The translations under genes and the position numbers were made by a program. 64,000 nt of DNA from an uncultured Rhodospirillaceae bacterium (GTDB lineage: Bacteria; Pseudomonadota; Alphaproteobacteria; MPNO01; UBA2964): contig CAZCKO010000002.1 in NCBI GenBank assembly GCA_964499275.1, positions 27,543 to 91,542 of the forward strand. Reading direction: 5' to 3'. Position 1 is the first letter of the stretch. Each line of letters opens with the position of its first letter. The notes under the pieces were generated by a model. It had not been told where the DNA came from. It was given only the letters and a program-made list of their open reading frames with translations, and searched no databases. Shown here piece by piece: positions 8,725-16,787 of this stretch.

Positions 8725-9630
8725 TCAAACTGGTTCGCCTGGCACTGTTCCCTTTGGCAACGTCACAATGTGGTTATAAATCTCTCCCGGTTTGGTGAAC
8801 CATATTTTGTCAGCATCTTTATGGTTTACGATATGGTTCAGTATTTCCCTTAACCCCGCCAACCTGTAGGGTTGCCCGACGACGAAAGTATGAAGGGCGA
8901 GGGAAAAAACGAGTGGTTGTTTCGTACACTGTCGTAGCTGTTCGTCAAAATGTGCGCATACTATTTCTGTAAACTGGTTGGCTGTATGTCGTCTCGAAAG
9001 TTGAGCGGGAGAGTCATTGATCTCAATATGGTAGGGTATCATTAATAACTGACCATTCCGGGTCCGCATCCAGGTAGGTTGATCGTCACAAGACCAGTCC
9101 ATAATAAATCGATATCCGGCCTCTTCTAAGAGGTCGGGGGTGAATTGACTTTCAGAAATCCAGGGCCCCATCCAACCCATCGGCCCAATATTTTCATATG
9201 TTTTGAATGCATTTGTTGTAGTCGAAATGAGACTGCGTTCATCATCTTCCGAGTAATCCCCTTGTTGTTCAGAGTTTGTTATTCCGTGTCCAATAAATTC
9301 GTCACCGCGTTCACGGATGCGTTTTGGTATTTGTGGGGCGTAATCGTAAACAGAGGAATTCATGAGGTGGCATGCCGGGAGATTAAACTCATCCAGTAAC
9401 TCTAAAATACGCCAAATACCAACGCGCAGGCCATAATCCCGCCAGGCATAATTCCGAACATCAGGTTGTACGCCGGGATTGGTAGGCGTGTGCCCAAGCC
9501 CTTCGCCGAAACTGAAATGCTCGATGTTTAGGCCAATATAAAATGCGAGCCTTTTGCCGTCCGGCCAGTCGTAAACGGGACGATCGGTAATGGGGGAATA
9601 ATCATATCTACCGTGTTGTTTAAGTTCCAT
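8725..9630 (-). CDS. Polysaccharide deacetylase-family protein (PuuE allantoinase-like)
   Basis: 301 aa. N-terminus GRYDYSPITDRPVYDWPDGKRLAFYIGLNIEHFSFGEG resembles the PuuE-like deacetylase/amidohydrolase family. Its stop codon directly abuts the stop of the convergent gene at 8724. Confidence 0.6.
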   Translation of the reverse strand: MELKQHGRYDYSPITDRPVYDWPDGKRLAFYIGLNIEHFSFGEGLGHTPTNPGVQPDVRNYAWRDYGLRVGIWRILELLDEFNLPACHLMNSSVYDYAPQIPKRIRERGDEFIGHGITNSEQQGDYSEDDERSLISTTTNAFKTYENIGPMGWMGPWISESQFTPDLLEEAGYRFIMDWSCDDQPTWMRTRNGQLLMIPYHIEINDSPAQLSRRHTANQFTEIVCAHFDEQLRQCTKQPLVFSLALHTFVVGQPYRLAGLREILNHIVNHKDADKIWFTKPGEIYNHIVTLPKGTVPGEPV

Positions 9631-9733
9631 ATTTGATGGGTCCTATACGTGCTGATGAGATCAGCATGGCATTGCCATATGTTATCGGCAAGATCCGATT
9701 GCAGCTTTAGGCTCCTAGTACTATTTTTGATAC

Positions 9734-10570
9734 ATGTCTGTTGAAGTTATACCCTTTGGTGAAACCATGGCTGCGGAAATTCGTGGTGTTGACTTGGCTC
9801 AACCACTTGGCGCGGTGGAAAGTAAAATACTTTTAGATGCTTGGCATCAACATTTATTGTTAGTGTTTCGTGATCAGGTTATGGACGACCTGCAGCTCAA
9901 AGATAGTGCCTCCTGGCTCGGCGAAACGTCCAAAATTTCTATGCCGAGAGAACGTCGAGGAGATGCCGATACCGAAATCCAAAATGTTTCCAATATTCTT
10001 GACGATTCAGGAATGCCGATTGGCGCACTCGGCGATGGTGAAATGTGGTTTCACCATGATAATTCTTTTACTGAGGCACCGGATAAGGCGACATGGCTTT
10101 ATGCTGTCGAATTACCGTCTTCGGGCGGTAATACCTTGTTTGGCAACTGTTACAAAGCCTATGAGGCTCTTCCAGATAAACTAAAAAATTTGGTTTCCGG
10201 GCGAAGGGTATTGCAGGTTTATGACTATACAGTCAGAACCAAACCAAGTCTTAATGGGCTGGATGAAACACCCCATTTTTGGCAACCCGCAGTAGTGCGA
10301 CATCCCGTAACCAGCCGCAAGGCACTATATATTGATCGGTTAATGACAGCTGCCATTGATGGCTGTACGAAAATTGAAAGTGATCAATTGCTAGCAGAAT
10401 TATTCCCCTATATCGAGCGTGTCGATTATGAACATGAGTGGCAGCTTGGTGATTATGTTGTCTGGGATAATCGTTGTTCGGTTCACGCTAGAAGAGAATT
10501 TCCTGCAAATCAAAGACGCCTGTTAAAACGTGGTAAAGTGGAGGGGAACAGCCTAATCGGCGCTGGTTAA
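9734..10570 (+). CDS. TauD/TfdA-family Fe(II)/2-oxoglutarate dioxygenase (paralog 2 of 8)
   Basis: 278 aa. GDGEMWFHHDNSF (HxD), GGNTLF, WDNRCSVHARREF, QRRLLKR. Confidence 0.85.
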   Translation: MSVEVIPFGETMAAEIRGVDLAQPLGAVESKILLDAWHQHLLLVFRDQVMDDLQLKDSASWLGETSKISMPRERRGDADTEIQNVSNILDDSGMPIGALGDGEMWFHHDNSFTEAPDKATWLYAVELPSSGGNTLFGNCYKAYEALPDKLKNLVSGRRVLQVYDYTVRTKPSLNGLDETPHFWQPAVVRHPVTSRKALYIDRLMTAAIDGCTKIESDQLLAELFPYIERVDYEHEWQLGDYVVWDNRCSVHARREFPANQRRLLKRGKVEGNSLIGAG

Positions 10571-10686
10571 CCACGCCAGCTATTATTATATTATGTATTT
10601 GTTATGATTCAAGGGTGGTATGAACGGAGCTAGATACCGCAAACGTATGGAAAACAAGGGGTTTCTTGCTGATTGGTTTGGTGCGT

Positions 10687-10763
10687 GACTTATTGTCTCT
10701 CTAACGGAGAGCACTACGTTGACATCGTAGGGGTCACCCGTTCAATCTCAGTCGTGCCCACCA
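10687..10763 (+). pseudogene. tRNA-Val(GAC)-like remnant (non-functional)
   Basis: Perfect anticodon arm: ctacg-TTGACAT-cgtag at 10714..10730, anticodon GAC at 10721..10723. D-arm-like tctc/tctaacgga/gagc. Variable loop GGGTC, T-loop TTCAATC, terminal A-CCA at 10760..10763, then a T-run. The T-stem pairs at only 3 of 5 positions (one of them G-U), and the 5' acceptor strand (gacttat) does not pair with the 3' strand (cgtgccc). Confidence 0.45.
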
Positions 10764-11049
10764 TTTTTTATTAGATATATCAACTGTTTGGTATGTCCCA
10801 GTGACTCTTTTTGAGTCTCTATGACCCCATGTGGCTATGGTATTAACAATACCCATGAAATATGTCAGAGTTTTGGTATGAAAAAACTGACCACCACCTT
10901 CTGCCTAACTTTTGGCCTGCTATCTGGATTTTGGGCGGCACTACTTTCCGATCCTTTGCATTAATAGAGCTATTTCTTGAGAAAATTTTTAAACTGATAG
11001 ACAAAATTGTTATTTCCAAGGGATTAAAATTGTATAGAGGAACAAACCA

Positions 11050-11982
11050 TTGAAATTTCTAACCATTGACGAAGAAGGAGGGCAACCGGGGATCATAGTT
11101 GGAGATGACAAAGTGTTAAATTTAGCAAAGGTGCCGAATATTTTATTTTCCGGTTGGCGACCTAGTTCAATTAGGGAAATATTTGAACATGGTGAAGAGG
11201 GTTTAAACGCAGTACGCCGGATTGCAGAAACGGTAGAAAACACAATGGAAACTTACCAAGCTGCATTATCTGAATTAATGGAAACGGAATTATCCCCCCC
11301 CGTACCCGACCCGTGGTTAGTTTTTTCTGTTGGAATGAACTATGGAAGACATCTTGCAGAAATGAACGACTCACCACACCCAAAAAATCCTTCCGGTTTT
11401 ATTAAAACAAGAGATTCTCTCCTCGGATCAGGAAAGAAGGTTTCTGTGCCACCCCAATGCCCACAAAAAATTGATTATGAGGGCGAATTTTGTTTCGTTT
11501 TCGGTCGAGAATGTCACAATGTGAGCGAAGCTGAAGCAATGGATTATGTGGTAGGTTACACCATTGCTAATGATATTTCCGCACGAGATTGGATTCCGGA
11601 TATCCGGTCGGGAGAACCACCTTTTGGTCCAATCCACGGTTGGGAACGCAACATTATGGGAAAAAATTTACCGGGCTTTACTCCCTGCGGACCGGTGATA
11701 GTAACCAAAGACGAGATTTCCGATCCCTACAATTTAAACCTGCAAACCCGGCTTAACGGGGAGGTAATGCAAGATACAAAAACCGATGACTTAATCTTTA
11801 AACTACCTACAATAATTTCCTATTTCTCAAAATGGTATAGATTTCATCCTGGTGACATAGTGACAACGGGTTCTCCCTCAGGAGTGGGGGTAGGACGTAC
11901 ACCCCAAGTGTTTATGCATCCAGGCGATACCATTGAAATCGAGCTCGAAGGAGTGGGGATTTTAACTAATACACTTGCCTGA
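11050..11982 (+). CDS. Fumarylacetoacetate hydrolase (FAH)-family protein
   Basis: 310 aa. IDYEGEFCFVFGRECHNV and YTIANDISARDW blocks typical of the FAH family. TTG start preceded by GAGGA. Confidence 0.8.
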   Translation: MKFLTIDEEGGQPGIIVGDDKVLNLAKVPNILFSGWRPSSIREIFEHGEEGLNAVRRIAETVENTMETYQAALSELMETELSPPVPDPWLVFSVGMNYGRHLAEMNDSPHPKNPSGFIKTRDSLLGSGKKVSVPPQCPQKIDYEGEFCFVFGRECHNVSEAEAMDYVVGYTIANDISARDWIPDIRSGEPPFGPIHGWERNIMGKNLPGFTPCGPVIVTKDEISDPYNLNLQTRLNGEVMQDTKTDDLIFKLPTIISYFSKWYRFHPGDIVTTGSPSGVGVGRTPQVFMHPGDTIEIELEGVGILTNTLA

Positions 11983-12001
11983 AAATCAAATAACCATAAA
12001 T

Positions 12002-12098
12002 GAAGGTTAGATCTATCATCGCAACACCGCCCAACGCCGCGGAGTAGCCGAGGGTCTTCGGTACGTGGAACCGCTTGTCCCAGTGCAAAACCTCCCAT
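12002..12098 (-). pseudogene. Remnant (first ~30 codons) of a second CoxL/xanthine-dehydrogenase-family large-subunit gene
   Basis: The translation MGGFALGQAVPRTEDPRLLRGVGRCCDD matches the family N-terminus and the intact paralog at 2246 (RAKRLEDPALLKGHAKFIDDITF). Removing 4 nt (gatc) after GATGATA restores DDITF. Similarity stops where the sequence runs into the 3' end of the FAH gene. Confidence 0.55.
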
Positions 12099-12159
12099 TA
12101 ATTCTCCTCAACCATTAACTTGCCTCTATAGCTAATATTTCCTTGTAGCCTTCAATGTT

Positions 12160-13365
12160 TCAAGGGTTTGGAACGGGTGTTGGTACCTGGTGAAATAGTC
12201 GGACCTCACAACCGTCATTTGTCGATTGTATGATTGCCTGACACGCTTCAAATGTCCCGCGACCCCACTCACCGGTATGAAGCGGTAAATCACCATCCAG
12301 AACGACCCCACAGAGTTCGTCAAAAACTTCTGCTCGTGGTACCGTAGGTTGGTTTAAACTGTGTTCTGTGACTGCTTCATCAGCATATACTTTCACTACC
12401 TCTGGCATTGGACGGATGTCTGCACCAGGGCAACTGACGACAAATAGGCCAAAATGTTCGTGGGAAATTTCTTTCGGGAGATTTTCTGGAAACGGTTTAG
12501 CCAAGGGTCCGCCGTAACCACTATTGGCTTTAAAAGTTTCCTCACTGCCATCAGAAGTAATCCCACGGAGCATCCGTCGCGCCATCCCATAGTCATTCGG
12601 GTTTTTAAGTTGCCCGGTTTCACCACGCCATCCACAAAATTCATCAGAGTCGAAATGCCCGCACCCAGAAAAGGTAAGATTTGCGACACAGCCATTAACA
12701 AATTTGAGAATTGCCGAATAGACACCTTCTGTGGGCCGGTTGGGGTCGTAATTACCAGTAACAGCGTAGATCGTCTCAATAATTCCGCCAGCGAGCAATC
12801 TGGCAATATCAATTTGATGTGCGGCCTGACTGTAAACGACACCGCCTCCCAGGGCAGTATTTAGTTCGTCCGCTCTGCGAGGGCGATAAATAAAATCTGT
12901 ATAGTTTAAACCAGTAATTAACCTAACCGGCCCATATGCACCGCTGTCGATAATTTTCTTTGTTAGCCTGATTGGTGCATCATAACTGTGGCTGTGGCCC
13001 ACAAGAAGATGAACCCCATTAGCGGCTGCGGCCTTGATCATTCGAGTGCAATCTTCGATGCTCAAAGCCATCGGCTTCTCGACTAAAATATGTTTTCCTG
13101 CTTTCGCCGCGGCGATGGCGTTATCACTGTGAAGGTGATGTGGTGTGGCAATGTATACGGCGTCTATTGCACCCTTGTTGCACATCTGGTCGACAGTTTC
13201 GTATGCTGTGCCATTGAAATCTTTAGAGAATTGGGCTCGTGACTCGGCTCTTATATCAACAGCTGCCACTACTTCGATCCTTGGGTGAAAAACGAGCGTT
13301 GGTAGCATTACGGTGAAACCTCTCCCCAGCCCAACGACACCAATTCTTAGTTTTTTGCACGCCAT
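12160..13365 (-). CDS. Gfo/Idh/MocA-family NAD(P)-dependent oxidoreductase
   Basis: 401 aa. LRIGVVGLGRG Rossmann start and HILVEKPMA motif. Confidence 0.85.
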   Translation of the reverse strand: MACKKLRIGVVGLGRGFTVMLPTLVFHPRIEVVAAVDIRAESRAQFSKDFNGTAYETVDQMCNKGAIDAVYIATPHHLHSDNAIAAAKAGKHILVEKPMALSIEDCTRMIKAAAANGVHLLVGHSHSYDAPIRLTKKIIDSGAYGPVRLITGLNYTDFIYRPRRADELNTALGGGVVYSQAAHQIDIARLLAGGIIETIYAVTGNYDPNRPTEGVYSAILKFVNGCVANLTFSGCGHFDSDEFCGWRGETGQLKNPNDYGMARRMLRGITSDGSEETFKANSGYGGPLAKPFPENLPKEISHEHFGLFVVSCPGADIRPMPEVVKVYADEAVTEHSLNQPTVPRAEVFDELCGVVLDGDLPLHTGEWGRGTFEACQAIIQSTNDGCEVRLFHQVPTPVPNP

Positions 13366-13535
13366 GTGATTATCCTCGTCACTACAATTCGGCTAAAATT
13401 TTTTTGCTACCTAATTAATCGTCTCTGAGAATCACTTTAAATTTGAATGGGTTGAGAGTAGCCGGTCTTTTATACTAATATTTTCTTAAAGTTTAAATGT
13501 AGAATGGGAACGGGAGTTTTATAAAGGCTCATACC

Positions 13536-14840
13536 ATGACAACTTTTGACACATATGCATTACGCGAATTAGTACAGCCTGATAGAGTGCACAAAGATTT
13601 TTATACGAATCCCGAAGTCTTCGACCTTGAAATGGAGCGTATATTTGGGCGTGCTTGGCTGTTTGTTGGTCATGCTAGTCAGGTACCCAATCCGGGAGAC
13701 TACATTACAACAACTATTGCCCGCCAACCAATTATCATGAGCAGGCACCGGGATGGCGAGATTCATGTAATGTTCAATCGTTGCACTCATAGAGGGGCGC
13801 AGGTTTGTCTTGAACAATTCGGCAATACAAAGAGGTTCGAATGCCCGTATCATGCATGGGTATTTAATACGGATGGCAGATTTTCTGGTGCCCCCTATCC
13901 GAAAGGATATGAAACAGGTTTTCTAGAAAAAGAAAAACTGGATTTGGTAAAAATTCCCCGGGTTGCGATATATAGAGGTTTTGTTTTTGGAAGTCTGGCC
14001 GATGACGGTCCTGATATATTTGAGTTTCTCGGTCCGATGAAGGAGCATATAGATGCTTTCGTTGACCGATCTCCTGATGGAGAGGTAGAGGCATGCGCCG
14101 GTATGTTTCGTTATCGATTTGATGCTAATTGGAAGATTCAGATGGAGAACCAGACTGACGTGTACCACATTATGTTTACACATGTGTCAACGACAGATGA
14201 TGATGGCAAGCAGTTTCGTCGAGAAGGGGCGGAAGAGGATGAAGCTGGAAAGGTCAAGGTACTAGAAGAAAGCTCTGCTCTCAGTGACCAATGGGAGGAA
14301 TTACCTCTTGGCGGTCATCGGCACGGACATGTCTATATGGGTCGCTTTGCTATGGATAAAGCCAATAGTGGCCCTGTTTATGAGCGGTATCGAGCAGCTA
14401 TGGACAAAGCCTATGGTGACCGCGCCAGTGATAATATGGCGGTTAAAACTCATAACAGCATTTTTTATCCCCAATGGTCGATACAACACCTGACCCAACA
14501 CATCAGGGTTATGAATCCTATTTCTGTGAATTGCACAGAAAACATTATTATTCCCCTTAAGCTAAAGGGTGCTCCCGAGGAAATGTGGCGTGCGTCGTTG
14601 CGAAGCAATAATAATAGCCATTCGCCGGCAGGAATGGTGATGTCAGACGATATGGAAGTCTGGGTTCGTTGCCAGGAAGGCCTGATGACCCAAAGTACGG
14701 ACTGGGTGGTTCTTGCTCGGGGTATGAACGAAAAATTTATGGCGAGCAATACCGGGACTTACGAGTCGCACGGTACATCGGAGTCGGGCGCTCGCAATCA
14801 ACAGGTTGGCTGGGTACATTTTATGTGTGGTAACAGTTAG
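13536..14840 (+). CDS. Rieske-type aromatic ring-hydroxylating oxygenase alpha subunit (pair 1)
   Basis: 434 aa. Rieske motif CTHRGAQVC...CPYHAW. Mononuclear iron motif DVYHIMFTH (Dx2Hx4H). Confidence 0.9.
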   Translation: MTTFDTYALRELVQPDRVHKDFYTNPEVFDLEMERIFGRAWLFVGHASQVPNPGDYITTTIARQPIIMSRHRDGEIHVMFNRCTHRGAQVCLEQFGNTKRFECPYHAWVFNTDGRFSGAPYPKGYETGFLEKEKLDLVKIPRVAIYRGFVFGSLADDGPDIFEFLGPMKEHIDAFVDRSPDGEVEACAGMFRYRFDANWKIQMENQTDVYHIMFTHVSTTDDDGKQFRREGAEEDEAGKVKVLEESSALSDQWEELPLGGHRHGHVYMGRFAMDKANSGPVYERYRAAMDKAYGDRASDNMAVKTHNSIFYPQWSIQHLTQHIRVMNPISVNCTENIIIPLKLKGAPEEMWRASLRSNNNSHSPAGMVMSDDMEVWVRCQEGLMTQSTDWVVLARGMNEKFMASNTGTYESHGTSESGARNQQVGWVHFMCGNS

Positions 14841-14848
14841 GACGAGCG

Positions 14849-15325
14849 TTGCCAGTGCAAAAAAAGGTTGAAAAATATCTATACCGTGAAGTGCGGTTAC
14901 TGGATGAACGCCGTTTTGAAGAATGGACAGATCTTTTTTCAGAGGACGGTACTTATTGGGTGCCGGCATACCCAGGCCAGGAGGATCCTTACAAAGCCGT
15001 GTCCATTTTTTTTGATGACAAGGAATTAATGCGAACTCGGCTATCGCGTCTTGATCATCCTAAGGTTCACGCTCAGAAGCCCGCGAGTAGGACCGTTCAT
15101 TTTTTGTCAAATATTGAAATTGATGAAACTCATAACCAACAAGGTGAGATACTCGTCCACTCTTCGCTAATGATGATGGAATTTAGGCTAGATAAACAGG
15201 CAAGTTATGGGGGTCGTTGTCAGCATTTATTGCGCGTTAACCCTGAAGGTTTTGAAATTTTCCGCAAACGTGTTGACCTAATTAATTGTGACGGCATTTT
15301 CGAGCCCTTGGCGGTTCCGTTTTGA
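14849..15325 (+). CDS. Ring-hydroxylating oxygenase beta subunit (NTF2-like, pair 1)
   Basis: 158 aa directly downstream of the alpha subunit. YREVRLLDERRFEEWTDLFSEDGTYWVP is typical of beta subunits. TTG start (GTG two codons later is possible). Confidence 0.8.
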   Translation: MPVQKKVEKYLYREVRLLDERRFEEWTDLFSEDGTYWVPAYPGQEDPYKAVSIFFDDKELMRTRLSRLDHPKVHAQKPASRTVHFLSNIEIDETHNQQGEILVHSSLMMMEFRLDKQASYGGRCQHLLRVNPEGFEIFRKRVDLINCDGIFEPLAVPF

Positions 15326-15356
15326 AAATTAAAATTTCATGAAACAAATAAAGTAG

Positions 15357-16196
15357 TCAAGCATTCTCCTCGAAAACTATAAGCCCCATGCCAGTAGTCA
15401 TTGGCGCATAGTAATTGCGGTGAATTTTGGTCAGGTTATCCGACAATGCACCCCGCATTGTCAGCCACATAATAAGTTCTACAGCCTCTGCCCCAGCTTC
15501 TTCCATAATTTGTTGATGGGTCAATTCTGCAAGAGAAGCAGGTTTTTTCTCAATTTTATCGAGGAAGTCATTATCAAAATCAGGGTTAAGATGTCCAAAA
15601 CGCGTGCCATTTAGTTGGTGTGACATGCCTCCAGTTCCAATTACAACAACACGGAGTTCAGATTCAAAAACTTCAACGGCCTGACGAATGGCCTGACCAA
15701 GTTTGTAACACCTTAGTGCTGTAGGTAGTGGGTGTTGGATGACGTTTATCACGATTGGCACAGTCTTGACGGGCCAGTTGGGCTCATGAGGGAAACACAG
15801 GTTCATCGGAACCAGGAACCCATGCTCAACAGATAGTTCCTGGCAAATCGTCATATCAAATTCGTTGTAAACGAGCTCTTCCGCTAAATGCCATGAAAAG
15901 TCTGGATCTCCTGGTACGTCTGGGAGCGGGCGCGGGCCCCAGCCTTCGTCACCTATTTGATATCTATCTGCGGCACCAATAGCAAAGGTCGGATACTTGT
16001 CGAAAAACATGCTTGAACCATGATCGTTATATACCACTATGGCCACATCTGGTTTAAGTTCCTTAAGCCATTTCTGTACGGGCTGATAGGCTTCAAATAG
16101 TGGCTTCCAGTCCGGTTCCTCCTGTTGGCCCATGTCATAGGCTTTTCCTATGGATGGGACGTGTGATGTGCCGATGCCGCCAACGATCTTAGCCAA
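15357..16196 (-). CDS. ligB: Class III extradiol dioxygenase beta subunit (protocatechuate 4,5-dioxygenase LigB-type)
   Basis: 279 aa. MAKIVGGIGTSHVPSIG, VVYNDHGSSMF, PTFAIG, DEGWGPRPLPDVPG closely follow the LigB pattern. A substrate such as gallate or another catechol is not excluded. Confidence 0.85.
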   Translation of the reverse strand: MAKIVGGIGTSHVPSIGKAYDMGQQEEPDWKPLFEAYQPVQKWLKELKPDVAIVVYNDHGSSMFFDKYPTFAIGAADRYQIGDEGWGPRPLPDVPGDPDFSWHLAEELVYNEFDMTICQELSVEHGFLVPMNLCFPHEPNWPVKTVPIVINVIQHPLPTALRCYKLGQAIRQAVEVFESELRVVVIGTGGMSHQLNGTRFGHLNPDFDNDFLDKIEKKPASLAELTHQQIMEEAGAEAVELIMWLTMRGALSDNLTKIHRNYYAPMTTGMGLIVFEENA

Positions 16197-16197
16197 T

Positions 16198-16560
16198 TTA
16201 TCTTGCTCCCGATGCGTTACGGGTTTTCATAAACTCTTCAAAAGTTTGACCTCTCAGTTGTGCTCCGACATGGTAAAGTCCGTGCCCGGTGCAGGTCCCC
16301 AGTTTCATAATCATATAAATGTTGCCTCCACACTCCTCTATCAGCCCTCTGTAGTCGCGGTCCCGTATAAAATGTCTTTCCTGGTCGCTGAGGCTCCACT
16401 GTTCCATGTATGCCTCTTCGTCGATGGAGAAGGCGTCTCGGTTACTGGGGGTCGTAAACGACATTGCAAATTTGTTCAGGCGATATCCCTTACGCGATTC
16501 TGATCCGCCGAAAATAGTTGTACCCGGTATCTCTTTAGATTTATCTACCTGCTTTACCAT
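16198..16560 (-). CDS. ligA: Protocatechuate 4,5-dioxygenase alpha subunit (LigA-type)
   Basis: 120 aa. RKGYRLNKFAMSF and RDRDYRGLIEECGGNIY match the LigA pattern. 1-nt spacer to ligB. Confidence 0.8.
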   Translation of the reverse strand: MVKQVDKSKEIPGTTIFGGSESRKGYRLNKFAMSFTTPSNRDAFSIDEEAYMEQWSLSDQERHFIRDRDYRGLIEECGGNIYMIMKLGTCTGHGLYHVGAQLRGQTFEEFMKTRNASGAR

Positions 16561-16787
16561 GAGAAATTATTGCCTCACCGATTTATTTTTACAGAACCGA
16601 TATTATACCCGTCCGAATATAAATTAATAGCCATTTGGACTGTCTTCGTTTCTCCAATAATACTATGCTTAAATAGGTTTTACGACGAAAGATCATTTTC
16701 GGGGCCGCACGGTCATCAATAGAATTTACTCATCTCTTTACGGAAACCAATATGAAGCCCCCAGTCGTCTAAACCGCCGTATATGCC

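Noticed and set aside
10640-10763. tmRNA (ssrA) hypothesis for the tRNA-like region. It has GCAAACG resembling a resume codon context, a stop codon inside the hairpin ctctc-taacg-gagag, and a terminal CCA.
   Set aside because: No acceptor-stem pairing and no G3:U70. The T-stem is mismatched. The available non-coding space is under 200 nt. The implied tag (ANVWKTRGFLLIGLVRDLLSL) lacks the usual hydrophobic Ala-rich end. No complementary 5' strand lies downstream, as a permuted two-piece gene would need. A decayed tRNA-Val is the simpler reading.
10862-11053. 63-aa ORF in the gap before the FAH gene
   Set aside because: No motif and no convincing RBS. It lies in the putative scar region and ends inside the FAH start region, so it is probably non-coding.
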